Shown here in pieces: positions 1 through 12,618 of a stretch of DNA of 64,000 nt (position 1 is the first letter of the stretch; each line of letters begins with the position of its first letter). Position numbers and translations under genes: made by a program. Under the pieces are notes generated by a model. The model ran no database searches. It was not told the DNA's origin and worked only from the letters and a program-made list of their open reading frames with translations. This DNA is from an uncultured delta proteobacterium (GTDB lineage Bacteria; Desulfobacterota; Binatia; UBA9968). The DNA lies in NCBI GenBank assembly GCA_963728565.1, contig CAVSLC010000025.1, positions 96,001 through 160,000 of the forward strand, written 5' to 3'.

Positions 1-1560
1 CAAACGTCTGGGATGTAGTAGTGCAGGCTGGGGGACCAAACGGTCAGGGAATCGTGGACGTTTGCGGAGACAATGGTCATCTTCGTTCTTTGGACGGTGG
101 AATCACCTGGAGCGGAGGAAACGGAGGCCTACCGGGTGGCCGTTGCTCTATTGCAGTTTCGCCAGACGAGTCCTACGTGTTGTTCGTAGTAGTCGGAACG
201 AGAATATTCGAATCAGACGATGCCGGTATGAGTTGGAATGAGCATACGAACTCTTCGCCGCAAGGTAGGATTCCGTTCGTTGCTACAAATAAGCGGGTGA
301 ATGTTGGTGCCATCGGTCGCTTTGATCTGTGGTTTGGCGACATTAGACTTTGGCGAGCGGTTGTAGCACTCCGAGTCCGCTGGCCGTAGGTGGACCTTCT
401 CGATGTCCGGCTTCATCGGCATGGGCGGGGCCGTTCACACGGACGGCAGGCGCTCACGATGACGCCGGAGATCTCGTATTCGATACTGAAGTCGCCATTG
501 ATGCCTGCCCGCTGATTTTTTCTTCCGATGGAGGCGTTTACCGTAACACGGATTCAGCATTGATTGTCATAATCCGAATTGGGAGCAGCCGGACATTACA
601 CCACATGCGTTGTGGTTGTTTGCGATGCAGGTGTTAAATAGATAGGTGATTTAGATGAGGAATATATTTAGGTACTAAAGATAATGGTTATTTTGATACT
701 ATTAATGAAGGTGGGGAAAGATAGGTTTGGGAAAACAGAGATTGCTGTGATGTACTAGATATAGATGTTGATTATAATAGGGTATTGTACACTGAGTGTT
801 GTTTTTAAGGAGAAAAGAAAATAGATTATTATTGAGTAAAAGAGGTATGAAAGGTGGTGGTGAAATAAACAAGTATATTATTGGTATTTTGATGGGATTA
901 AGGTTAATAGATGTAATAGATAGGTTAGATGACAGATAATAAGTTATGCTAAATAAAAGAGCTGTATTTGTAAATAATGATATAACTGATTCAATGATTG
1001 TATGGAATTAACTTGTAGGTAGATATGGCGCTGATTGTGGAGTTAAGGTATAAGTTGTTATAGCTACTGGTACAATTAATTTCTAAGTGTAGGTTGGATA
1101 GTGTGAAGCTAGGAGAGGAGATTAGCTGTGGAGTTACGATGGCACAGCTATTGGAGGTATATGGCAGAGACTCGATAACAATGACGGGCTGACAGGCGGC
1201 TTCGGGATCTTCGCAGTATATAAGAACGACTCTGGTAGGTTATAAGAGTATAATTTGGCGAAGAGTGGTACACAGATGGTGTTATATAAAGATGGAGGAA
1301 TTAAATGGAAAAATGATGAAGAACTAGAAAATATGATGAAGGGAGGTGGTGTGTTAAAGTAAGCAATAAGGAGGGGAAGACAAACTTCACTGGTTTATTG
1401 GGATAAAAACAGCTAAGTTTGGTAGTATTAGATTAAGAAGATATAAACATTATAGTAGATGGGGGAATAGATTAAGGAGTATTACTAAATAAGAAAAAAG
1501 GTAAGAGTTGGAAATTGCTGAAGGATATTTTAGACTATGGCAGCTATGGTGTGAAGCAAT
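1..1560 (+). CDS. Partial BNR/Asp-box beta-propeller protein (VPS10/glycosyl hydrolase-like); frameshifted, corrupted after ~640, end approximate
   Basis: Asp-box motifs RSLDGGITW and [10 protein letters not shown], plus SSDGGVY. In the corrupted part, GGT ACT AAA GAT AAT GGT (671-688) reads GT[Q]DNG, followed by WENRDCCD (728-751) and [19 protein letters not shown] (1162-1218). Confidence 0.65.
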
Positions 1561-2549
1561 TGATAAGGTTATGGTTTGCACACTTTGACTAAGAAAGGGA
1601 TGGAGTATTGAAATATTAATAGGTAATAAAGGTAGTGGTGTTTGAAATATGAGTTCTATGTTTTGACTATAGTTAATGATGAGCTTTTTGTAAAGTTAGA
1701 TAAGAGTAGTATTGTATTAGATAGACTATATTTATAGGAGCAATGGTAGGAGCTGTTTATTTTAAAGCTAAATTATGTAACATAGGTAGAAAGAGATTGA
1801 ATACACTAAAAAGTGTGACTAATAATATTAGAGAAGGTGATATTCTACTAAATAGGAACAGAGCTAAGATACTAGCAGTAGGATAAGAACTGAATTTCTC
1901 TAAGAAAGGAGGTTACAAGGACTTGATACTGGATGGGGGAGAATGTGAGAACTTTTAAAGAGTGGGTTTTTAGGTGTTTAAACAATTAGAGTTTACTGTT
2001 GAAGTGTTGGGGAGAATAGATGTTTAAGAAGAGAGGATGATTGCTAGTTTCTCGAAAGAAAAGGTAAAAGGTATGAGAAAAAAAGAAGAGGGTAACTTTT
2101 AAATAAAGATTGAAGAGATATAAATTAAGGAGGGAAGAAAAAAGAAAGAAAGAGATAGAATAGTATAAGTTAGTATGGGGGGTTAGGGATTGGAAGAAAA
2201 GTGGTTGCTATATAGGGAGATGAAGGTAATGGTAGGGAAGTATAATAATAAAATGAATAGATTAGGTAAATAGATATTAGAAAGTATGTTGGTTGAATGG
2301 AAGTTAAATAAGGTAAAAGATGCTGAGAAATAAGTAACAGATAAAAGTAAATAGGTGGGAACATTAAGGTAAAAGATAGATAAGGGTATATTTCTATGGA
2401 AGATACGAGGCAAGCTGGTGCAAATTTAAAGAGATAGGAAAACAAGAGAAGATCACTAGAAAGCAACATCGGGATGAAGAAAAAATACGATGTGGAACGC
2501 GTACTCTGAAAACAGCAACAGGAACTTGCTGGGATAAAATGCTGTTTCG

Positions 2550-4150
<1,601 letters not shown>

Positions 4151-4209
4151 AATAGTTTGAGTTAAATGATGGGAATGATATTTATAAAAAGAGAGAAAAG
4201 TTGAGTGAT

Positions 4210-5200
4210 ATGATAAAAGAAGAAAGAGGAGAAGAAAGTTGAAGAGTATAGTAATAGAGATGAATAATAGATGAAAAATGAGATGAGGAAACTGTTTAGA
4301 TGAGAGATATGAGGTAAAAGGAGATATTATTATAAGAATAATGGAAAAAGTGATGAGAGAGGGGAAAGGATGAGGTATAGAGAAGGTGAGATTTAAAGGA
4401 GGAGAGAAGAATATATATAGAAGGTTAAGAGAAATAATAGAGAGTGAAGCAGAGGTTGGATATAAGTTAAGCTTTGTGAGTAAAGGAGAGAGTTTAAAGA
4501 GATAGTATAAGTTGATGCTAAAACAAAGGCTATAGTTTGAAGGTGTCACTTTTAGCTAGGATAAGAGAGAGAGAACAGAAATATGAAAAGCTAAGAGGTA
4601 AAGGATAGTTTTGGTAGGTGATGAGGGAGGAGAGTATATGAATGTTTAAGGAGATGATTTTAAGATTGAACATGGTGATAAAAGCTAAGAATAGGAATGA
4701 GATAGGAGAGATGGTAGTGATAGAGGAAAGGTTTGGCAGAGATGGAGTGAGTTTAGGATATTTGATGAATACTATAGAGATAGATTTGAGAAAGATAGAT
4801 GTATAGAAGAAAGAGAGGAGTGAGATAGAATAAGAAATATGGGGATTAAAGAAGAGAGCTTATATTATTGTTGGAATGGAGATAGGTTATTTAAGTGAGG
4901 TTTTTTTTTTTATTTGTGGTAAGATGGAGATAGAAGAATATAAATTAGACTATAAAGGGAACTTAACTATTTGCTGAGAGATATAAGGAAACTAAGGAAA
5001 AAAAGACAGTACAGAAGTTATAGATAACATAAAGAGGTAAGTATGAAAGAGGTATGTGAGAGCTTTAAAATGAGAGTGGATACTTATATAGCAGATAAGA
5101 GGGAAAAGATAAAAAAGGGAAAGTTTAGCAAGATGGAATATTTTATCTGTTGGTATAGATTAAAATATATAGGTAAGAACTATTGGCTAAGTAGTTTTAT
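4210..5200 (+). CDS. Radical SAM protein with C-terminal Cys cluster (SPASM/twitch-like); corrupted, ends approximate
   Basis: AAT AGA TGA AAA ATG AGA TGA GGA AAC TGT TTA GAT GAG (4266-4304) reverts to NR-C-NLR-C-GH-C-FDE (CxxxCxxC). Same frame: F[T]GGE[P] at 4392-4409, SFVS[N]G and GVTFS.D. C-terminal EEY[N]LDYKGNLTIC[C] at 4933-4977 and CWY[C] at 5148-5159. Confidence 0.7.
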
Positions 5201-5254
5201 AAAAGATATATGGAGAGAATAGAAAGAGATATAGAGGAAGGAGACTAACAAATA

Positions 5255-5542
5255 ATGATAGAAGAGAAGGTTAGATCTAATACACAGGTAGTAGATAAAG
5301 TACTAGATGATGGAGAGGTTGTTCTATTTGAAGTAGAGAGAAAAAATTATTACAGATTAAATAAGAAAGGAGAGAGAATATGGGGAGGACTAAAAGAAGG
5401 ATAGAGATTAAATGAGATAAGAAGATGGCTAAAGGAGGAGTTTGATGTGAATGAAGAAGAAGCTGACAGGAGAGTTAGAGATCTAATTAAGGAGCTTAGA
5501 GAACAGAATATAGAGCTGTATAAGAATAAGGAGAGTTATTAG
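5255..5542 (+). CDS. PqqD-family protein / RiPP recognition element (one corrupted in-frame stop at 5402)
   Basis: AGGAGA RBS-like sequence at ~5239. Reads VVD.VLDDGEVVLF....NYY.LN..G.RIW.GLKEG..L.EI...L.EEFDV.EEEADR.V.DLI.EL.EQ, the typical ~90-aa PqqD pattern. Confidence 0.75.
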
Positions 5543-5592
5543 AAGAGAGTAGGAGAGAAGTTTGTTCTAAAGAGAGAGAGAAGTAAACTGAC

Positions 5593-6300
5593 ATGAACAG
5601 TTTTAGGACTGAAATATATTTGCTTCTAGACTGAGATAGAAAGTGATTGGAAGATAAAGAAGTGAGAGGGATTAGAAAGACTGATCTAGAAAGATATAGA
5701 TTGGAAGTAACTTTATAGCATAGCTAGAGGGCACAGGGTGATGAAGCTATTCTATAGAACTTTGAATTAGAAGTGCTAAGACGAAGTGAGTACAGAGATT
5801 TTACAGGAACTAAGAGAACACTTTTACGAGAACGATGGAAGCAACTTATTTTTAACAAAGGAACTGATCAAGATAGTGGAGTTCTTAGAGGCGCACGGAA
5901 TTTTGTTATTTGTATAAAGGATTTGTTTTGATTCTTAGATCTATGAGAATTTAGTGTTTAGGGAGTTTGTTGATTTGTATATTTTAGTAAGTGAGTGAGA
6001 CTATTTGAGAGCACAATGTCTGCTAGTTGATTTGTTTTTTGGCTCAAGATTGAATATGAATGAGAGAATGAATTTGTAGATGAAAGTGTAAAGATAGTTG
6101 TGTATTTTCACTAGTGTATAGCGCTGCAATATTTTCTTTCGCTGCTCACTTTTGATTATCTGTGCGAGCGCTTTCAGCTTGTCGCTTTGCTTGGTGAAAC
6201 AGCAACTACTTTATGCTAGGAAGATACACTGCTCATGCTCAGCATCTAAGTCACGAAAGATGAGCATCTTCAGCTCTCTAAGATCTGTGACATTGCTAAG
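5593..6300 (+). CDS. Nucleotidyltransferase family protein (NTP_transf_5-like); corrupted, end unknown
   Basis: MNSFR.EI.LLLD[C].., DIDW..L..IARGHRVM.LFY, NLFLTKELIKIVEFLEAHGI (5843-5901), Y.NL..REF.DL[D]ILV (5942-5989). Confidence 0.6.
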
Positions 6301-6803
6301 CCTCTGTGTGTATCACTGCTTGAACTGAGCACAGTTGCTAAAAAAAACTTATAATTTAAGAGAGCAGCGAATGCTGTTATATGCTCTATGTCTCGCGAGA
6401 GATCTCTTAAATACGACACTCTCGCAAACATTCATGTAGATGTTATTTCACTGATCTCTCAAAGATCTTGTAAACTATGCTCGATAACAATTGTTCCTTT
6501 AGATGACTCTGTTTACGAGCTACGTCCTGCTAATTGTTTGCGTTAATTTCTGCAAAAACGCCTACGCGACAAATTAAGAGCTTACCACGATTTTTTACAT
6601 GACGTAATAATACCTTGCGAACCAAATCGAAAATCCTTTCCTATGCAAAAATAATTATCCTTTCTCTACTATTTCATTCAATAAATGCAATTATTAAATA
6701 AAAGCAAATTACGTCAAATAAAAAGAATCATGACACATCCAAAAAATCAAAAATAAAAAAATAATAAAAAAAAAATTATAAAAAAAAAATTAAAAAAAAA
6801 AAA

Positions 6804-6857
<54 letters not shown>

Positions 6858-6867
6858 AAAAAAGAAA

Positions 6868-7988
6868 AGCCGATAAAATTCGGCGCAGTTGTCCCAAAGA
6901 ATTTTTCGCTTGTCGTTATCGGTGATCGGCAGTCCGAGGAAAGTTTCGACTGCATCTGGGAACTTCGAATCGCCATGCGGGTAATCTGTCGAGAATACCA
7001 GCCGATCGGTGCCGATGTAATCGATTACGTACTTGACGCCATCCTCGTCGGGCTCCACCGATACGAAGCATTGTCTCTTGAAGTACTCGCTCGGTTTCAT
7101 GGTCAAGTCTTGCGCCCAGATATCGCCTTCCCGCTCCCAGCCTTCGTCCAGGCGCCATAGCAGCCAGGGCAGCCAGGTGCAATTCGCTTCCAGAAATGCG
7201 GCCCGCAGCTTGGGATGGCGCGCCAAGACTCCGCCGGAGCATAGGCTGACTAACCCGAGCATCTGCTCCATCGGTTGAGCGACGGCGCGCCGCAGCATGA
7301 AATTCGGTTCGAAAAAATCACCGGTTTGTCGTGCCGCGGACGAGGACGACTCGTGAAAGCCAACCGGCAGTTCATACTCTTCTAACGTCGCCCACAGCGG
7401 TTCGAAGTATTCGTCGTACCAATTTCGTCCTTCCATGATGCTCGACCGCATGAAAACGGCGCGAAAACCGAGCTCGGTGGCGCACCGCTTCGCCTCGGAG
7501 ACCGCTTCATCGATGCCGAAAGGCGATATCATGCCGGCGCCGAGAAGCCGGGATGGGTTGGTTTTACAGAAATCGTAAAGCCAATCGTTATAGGCGCGCG
7601 CGAGAGCGGCCGCGAACCTCGCTTCCATTCTCGGTTCGCTCAAGACTTGCAGGCCTCGGGTGGGGTAGAGCACCGCGACATCGATGCCTTCGATGTCCAT
7701 CGCCTCGAGTTGGACGCCGGCACTCCAGCCGCGCTCGGCGTGCGATCTATAGATCGTCTGGTTTTTGCTGAAGTTGTGGCCTCGATGGTGCGATGAGTTG
7801 CGATTGTGGCTTGCCGGTAATCCCCAGTAGCGGCCGTCCGGATGCGCCATGCGCAAATCGCGAACGTTGTCGCTGGTCAGGCCGCGCGGCGCATCGGCCT
7901 TGAACTCCGCATCGATATAGCGCTCCCATAGATCCACGGGCTCCATCAAATGCATATCGCTGTCGAGAATCTTGAAACCATTTTTCAT
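6868..7988 (-). CDS. Amidohydrolase_2 family protein (stop codon lost in the artefact)
   Basis: ILDSDMH, AYNDW, GFHE, STDYPHGD, KILWDN motifs. Confidence 0.9.
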
Positions 7989-8131
7989 GAACCACCTCTT
8001 TCAGCAGAATCGCTACGTCATCGGTACCGCAATCCCAGCTTCAGTGTCAACGCGAGTCACGCATATTCCGCTTGCCGCATCCACGCTATCTGGTAATTTG
8101 AGGCATCACGTCTATAGGTCAGGAGAAGATA

Positions 8132-8611
8132 ATGCCTTTAAGGAACTCGTTTTGCTGGCGGTATGCCGGTATCTTCCTCTTCCTGTTCATGAGCGGCGCG
8201 GCTAGCTATGCGCAACCGAAATCCGCGGCAACATCGATCACGGTCTATCAGGATCCCGGCTGAGGATGCTGTTCAGCGTGGGTCGGGCACCTGCAATCGA
8301 ATGGGTTTAGAATCGAAAAGAAGAACGTCACCGGCAAGCAACTCGTAGACGTCAAAATAAAATACAACGTACCCGAGAAACTTTATTCGTGTCATACCGC
8401 GCTGGTTCAAAGCTATGTGATTGAAGGCCATGTGCCGGCGGATCTTATTCATCGCCTGCTCAAAGAAAGGCCGGCCATGGCGGGTCTGGCGGTGCCGGGC
8501 ATGCCGGTTGGCTCACCGGGGATGGAAGGAGCCAATCCGCAGTCCTACGAGGTAATCATTTTTGACAAGCAGGCCGTACTTCAGTATACGCGAGAAGATA
8601 AACGTGCTTAG
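8132..8611 (+). CDS. DUF411 / CopG-like exported metal-binding protein, probable selenoprotein (in-frame TGA 8261-8263 = U44)
   Basis: AGGAG at 8121, ATG at 8132, signal peptide, then TVYQDPG-TGA-GCCSAWVGHL...SCHTA...YVIEGHVPA...GLAVPGMPVGSPGME, all in one frame. A probable indel near 8569 would give a true stop at ~8601. Confidence 0.85.
8274..8293 (+). promoter_or_regulatory. Candidate bacterial SECIS hairpin
   Basis: CAG-C-GTG / GGTCGGG loop / CAC-CTG: 6-bp stem with a bulged C, starting 10 nt after the UGA. Confidence 0.45.
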
Positions 8612-8679
8612 GTGTTCAAAATTCAAGTCTTCAATAGTTCAGCTGGTGCCATAGCGGCGCTCGGAAGGAAGGCGCCTGA

Positions 8680-9699
8680 ATGAAGCTTCCAACTCTGTCC
8701 CACGATGTCGGTCCGCTTTGCTTAACAGTGCTTGTTTTCTTTATGCTGGCACAGCCCTTGGCGGCTCGCGCGCAAGAAAAGAAGAACGTACGCATGGTTT
8801 TCGTCAGCCTGGCGTGGAACAGCGAGATTCCGTTTCGGACAGCGCTCGCGCGCGGGTTCTTCAAGCAGCAAGGCCTCCAAGTCGAACCTATTCTCATCCG
8901 TGGCGGTCCGGCGGCGATCGCCGCTCTGGTTTCCGGTGAAGTTGATTTTGCGGCCATCGGCGGCGCTCAGGCCGTTTTTCGCAGTAAAGCGCGCGGTTTG
9001 GACCTGGCGATAATCGGATGCACTTCGAGCACGACCAATTATATCCTTCTCGGTAACAAGCAGACGCGTAGCGTGGAAGATCTCAGAGGCAAGATCATTG
9101 GTGTAACCGGCGCCGGAACCTATTCCGAGTTCGCTATGAAAGCTTTCCTCAAAAAGAACAACCTCAATCCCGACAAAGACGTGGTGCTGCGCGCGGTTGG
9201 CGGCACGGTTTTGCGGGCGGCCGCAATCGAAAAGGGGATCATCGCCGCGGCGCCGTTTTCCACAGAAGACGGCGTTCGGCTTATCAAGGCGGGCTATTCT
9301 GTGATCAGCAACATGAGCGAGTCATTAGGTATTCCGCAGAACATCCTGGTAACCCGCAATGAAATGCTCGAGAAGTTTCCCGACACCAGCAGGCGTATGC
9401 TCAAGGCCTATATACAAGGAATCAATCTCGCCAAGTTCAACAAGCAGGAAGCGATCAAGGCGGGATACGAGGCAGGCTTGCAGGGCGAGTCGGACATCGT
9501 CAGCGCCGCCTGGGATCTCTATGCGCCCGGCCTGACTTCGGACCTGTCCATTGCCAGAGCCGGCCTCCAGCAAATGCTCGATGAGGACATTCGCGCCGGC
9601 TTGGTGGACAAGAATTTCACTTTGGACCGCGTGGTCAACGATCGAATTCTCAAGCTAGCGCAGCAGGAGCTCCGGGCTGAAGGGAAACTGAAGCAGTAA
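8680..9699 (+). CDS. ABC substrate-binding protein, SsuA/THI5/NMT1-like
   Basis: Signal peptide; GFFKQQGLQVE, AALVSGEVDF, EDLRGKIIGV. Confidence 0.9.
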   Translation: MKLPTLSHDVGPLCLTVLVFFMLAQPLAARAQEKKNVRMVFVSLAWNSEIPFRTALARGFFKQQGLQVEPILIRGGPAAIAALVSGEVDFAAIGGAQAVFRSKARGLDLAIIGCTSSTTNYILLGNKQTRSVEDLRGKIIGVTGAGTYSEFAMKAFLKKNNLNPDKDVVLRAVGGTVLRAAAIEKGIIAAAPFSTEDGVRLIKAGYSVISNMSESLGIPQNILVTRNEMLEKFPDTSRRMLKAYIQGINLAKFNKQEAIKAGYEAGLQGESDIVSAAWDLYAPGLTSDLSIARAGLQQMLDEDIRAGLVDKNFTLDRVVNDRILKLAQQELRAEGKLKQ

Positions 9700-9702
9700 A
9701 AG

Positions 9703-9800
9703 CTGTTCCAGCTGTTCCAGAATTTCCAGCGGTTCCAATGGTCTGGAAGTTCAAAACGTTCAAGCCGTGCAAACACTATGGTTCAAGGGTTCAACGCGTT
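9703..9800 (+). repeat. Degenerate ~9-nt tandem array (GTTCCA/GTTCAA units)
   Basis: ctgttccag ctgttccag aatttccag cggttccaa ... gttcaaaac gttcaagc ... ggttcaag ggttcaac. Confidence 0.6.
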
Positions 9801-9821
9801 AAAGGAGTCGAGTGTGGGAGA

Positions 9822-10229
9822 ATGAGGGGCCGAAGATTGAAATTGAGCAGGCGACGAATTGCGGCGCGAGCGGAGAAACCGGGGCTGTGGTTGTTCAAAT
9901 GGCGTGTGCAAAACGTGACCGAAATGCCGATGAGCCTACTTTCCGTGCGAGTGCCGCATGGAAAATTCAAGGCCGAGGAACGCAGGTTTGGCCCAGCGTT
10001 AAAAGTCGCAGCGCAAGACCATTTCATTCTCGATCTCGCCGTCGCTTGTGAGGAACCGCCGAATACCATAATCGAAAATGCATTCTTGATTCTGCTCGTG
10101 AGCTGGCGGCAAAATCATTGGAGGTTTTTTGTGCGACTGCGGATAATGGTAGATGACGAAGAACAGCCGCAGACGACAATTGAGTCGATTACCGTGCAGC
10201 AAGTTGGGTTCTCCGGTGTTCCGAATTGA
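9822..10229 (+). CDS. Hypothetical protein
   Basis: Open frame with GGAG before ATG 9822; no recognised motif. Confidence 0.55.
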   Translation: MRGRRLKLSRRRIAARAEKPGLWLFKWRVQNVTEMPMSLLSVRVPHGKFKAEERRFGPALKVAAQDHFILDLAVACEEPPNTIIENAFLILLVSWRQNHWRFFVRLRIMVDDEEQPQTTIESITVQQVGFSGVPN

Positions 10230-10240
10230 CGGGTGATGCA

Positions 10241-10463
10241 ATGACAAGAAAAGAAAAGGATCTTTACATTCTCACGCGCATGCGCGGCTGATACAGCAAT
10301 TGAGGCCTCGGCTTCGAAGAGACCACGGGCATGGTCTCCAATTCGCTTAAGTTAGTTCAAGAGGAAATCATTGAGGCCTTGGCTCGCCTGCGGCGCGAGC
10401 AAGCCGACAACCCCGAGTATCAGAAATCTGCGGCGGGAATTGCCTCAGGATTGGCCGGTGTGA
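10241..10463 (+). CDS. Small hypothetical protein (frameshifted)
   Basis: Fragments MTRKEKDLYIL.., GFEETTGMVSNSLKLVQEEIIEALARLRREQADNPEYQK and LRRELPQDWPV in shifting frames. Confidence 0.4.
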
Positions 10464-10586
10464 CGTGCGGAGCGGGTGTTGGGTTTTAGGTTTTCGGTTT
10501 CGGTTATGTCGCCTGGACACAGGTGTAACCGGCGTGACGAGAGACGGATACGGTCGATCCAGAAAGACCATCGAGAACGCGTCTAA

Positions 10587-11342
10587 TTACTTTTGCAGCC
10601 TGACCTGTGGTTGCCGCAATTTTAGATCGGCAACCCCGCCCCAGAATTCTCTTTTGCCGGTCATCGCCTGAACGTGGCCGTCCCATTCCAGAGTGAAAGC
10701 GGTTATGCCTAGCTTCACCGCCGCGCGTACTTTGTCTTGAGTTTCACTATCGTTGGCTAACAAGCGAATCGCATCGATCTGGCGGCTGCCGTGTCCCTCG
10801 TCTTGCGCGGCGTGCAGCCGATAGGTTTCCGCGGCGCGGGGCGAGAAGCCGTAGTGCTCGGTCAGTTCGCGGTAGACCTTCTCGGAGACCTTGCCCGCGC
10901 CTCCGAGTTGGCTTTCGACGAAGGCGAGCATGGCCACTCCTTCCAACGCCGAACGTCTTTGGCAGCAGCCGATGATCATTTCGATCGCCGCCATGGTTCC
11001 CGGCGCGGGCTCGGCGTTGTCCGCTTCCTGCCGCGAGATGCCGCCCTCTTCGAGAAACTGCAACATGATATCCATGTGCGTGCGTTTACCGCCGAGCTCT
11101 TCCATGAAATTTTCCAGAACGGTGTCCATCACCGCATACTCTTTGGCGGATACGGCGTTGACCGCCATATAGCCAAAGAAGATCGGATTGGTGCGGACGC
11201 GCAGATAGTGCTGCACCTCGCCGAGAATGATTTGCTCCCTGGTCCAGCGATGCTTGATGATTCCGTCGAACCACGGATGCTGCTCGGTCGGAACCTCCGC
11301 GGCATAGGTCCAGAGCTCGGCGATGAATTCGTCCTGGTTCAT
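10587..11342 (-). CDS. Heme-oxygenase-like diiron enzyme (TenA/PqqC/CADD superfamily)
   Basis: QHPWF near the N-terminus; candidate metal ligands ENFMEE...TH, FVESQ and LH...DEGH. Confidence 0.8.
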   Translation of the reverse strand: MNQDEFIAELWTYAAEVPTEQHPWFDGIIKHRWTREQIILGEVQHYLRVRTNPIFFGYMAVNAVSAKEYAVMDTVLENFMEELGGKRTHMDIMLQFLEEGGISRQEADNAEPAPGTMAAIEMIIGCCQRRSALEGVAMLAFVESQLGGAGKVSEKVYRELTEHYGFSPRAAETYRLHAAQDEGHGSRQIDAIRLLANDSETQDKVRAAVKLGITAFTLEWDGHVQAMTGKREFWGGVADLKLRQPQVRLQK

Positions 11343-11427
11343 GAACAGTTCTTTATCGAGCCCGGTCTAGCACGTTGCGGACTAAAAACGTGATCATGTA
11401 TCATCGGAATGCCTTATCCGATCTGAA

Positions 11428-12531
11428 TTATGCGCTGGCAGCTTTCTTTGATAACTGAGCATTCTCCACCCGTTCCTTCAACCGCGGGTAGAATCTCAAC
11501 GGATTGTCCCAAAAGATCTTGCGCTTGAGCTCGTCACTGACGTCTTTGCGGTTAATCAAATTCGGAATATCCTGGCTGAAGTCGCGCTGATCGCGTTCGT
11601 GCGGATAATCCGAGGCCCAGATGAGCGCATTGTCGTTGGCGACTTGCGCGGCCAGCGGTAGCGCCGACTCTTCGACTTCCACGGCGAAGAAGATATTTCC
11701 TTTCTTGACGTACTCGCTGGGTTTCATTTTACAGCGCGGCGAATAGTGACCTTTACGCTCCTGTTCCTCGTCCATTCGGTCCATCATGTAAGGCACCCAA
11801 CCGACGCCGCATTCGATGCAGCCGAAGCGAAAGTTTGGGAACAGCTCGAAAACTCCTTCGAACATCAAGGCGGTGAACTGGCGAATCTGGGCGAATGGAT
11901 GTTCCAGGGTGTGTCCGATGGTGAAGTTGTTCACCATATCGAGGCCTAGCGACGGCATGCTTAGCCCGCCATGGGTCGAAACCGGTACGTCCAGCCTCTG
12001 CGCTTCTTCCCAAAGCGGGTAGAATTCAGGACCGCTGTAAAGGCGTCCAGCCGGAGCGACAGCAGGCAGCACGGCGCCGACCATACCGAGATCGTTAACG
12101 CAACGGCGCAGTTCTTTAACCGCTTCGGCGATATCTTGGATCGGCAAAAGCGCGACCCCGACCAGGCGCGGGCTCACTGCCATGAATTTGTGGTAGAGCC
12201 AGTCGTTGTAGGCTCTCGCCATGCAAATGGCCCAGTCCCTATCCTGGATCGCTCCATGAGTGAGCCCCTGAGTCGGGTAGAGCACCGTCAGCTCAATTTT
12301 ATTTTTGTCGAGAAAGTCGAGCCAATGATTCGCCTTGGGGCCGTCGCCGCCGCCGGCCCAGCCACCTTTCTGACGCAACGAACGCAGGTAACCGTCCATG
12401 GTGAGGCCTGGCCAAAAGGAATAGCTCTGATGCCATTCCAGATCTTTGTAAGGCGGGCCGATGAATTCGCGCAGTTCGCTGTCAAGCTCCATGACGTGCC
12501 CGTCCGCATCGATAATTCGATACTCAGTCAT
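11428..12531 (-). CDS. Amidohydrolase_2 family protein
   Basis: IIDADGH, AYNDW, ASDYPH. Confidence 0.9.
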   Translation of the reverse strand: MTEYRIIDADGHVMELDSELREFIGPPYKDLEWHQSYSFWPGLTMDGYLRSLRQKGGWAGGGDGPKANHWLDFLDKNKIELTVLYPTQGLTHGAIQDRDWAICMARAYNDWLYHKFMAVSPRLVGVALLPIQDIAEAVKELRRCVNDLGMVGAVLPAVAPAGRLYSGPEFYPLWEEAQRLDVPVSTHGGLSMPSLGLDMVNNFTIGHTLEHPFAQIRQFTALMFEGVFELFPNFRFGCIECGVGWVPYMMDRMDEEQERKGHYSPRCKMKPSEYVKKGNIFFAVEVEESALPLAAQVANDNALIWASDYPHERDQRDFSQDIPNLINRKDVSDELKRKIFWDNPLRFYPRLKERVENAQLSKKAASA

Positions 12532-12618
12532 CTTAGTCTCCTCTCTCAACCGTGCTATTCACAAATTTAATCCGAAAAGCGAGCGACCGGAATCTTCTTT
12601 TATCACTATGACGAGCCA

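Noticed and set aside
4272-4295. TGA-x3-TGA-x2-TGT as a di-selenocysteine radical SAM motif
   Set aside because: It lies in the region of pervasive C>A corruption, so TGC>TGA is explained by the same artefact, and TAG/TAA stops occur in the same frame.
9703-9800. CRISPR array or LexA boxes
   Set aside because: Units are ~9 nt with no spacers or cas genes, and spacing does not consistently fit GTTC-N7-GTTC or GAAC-N4-GTTC.
10241-10305. In-frame TGA at ~10289 as a third selenocysteine
   Set aside because: A second TGA follows within four codons, there is no Cys-motif context, and the coherent protein continues in other frames.
10587-11342. pqqC or tenA symbol for the HDO genes (also 48198..48908)
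   Set aside because: No pqqB or thiamine-salvage context, and only superfamily-level motifs are visible. The PqqD at 5255 is across the artefact junction and in a different context.
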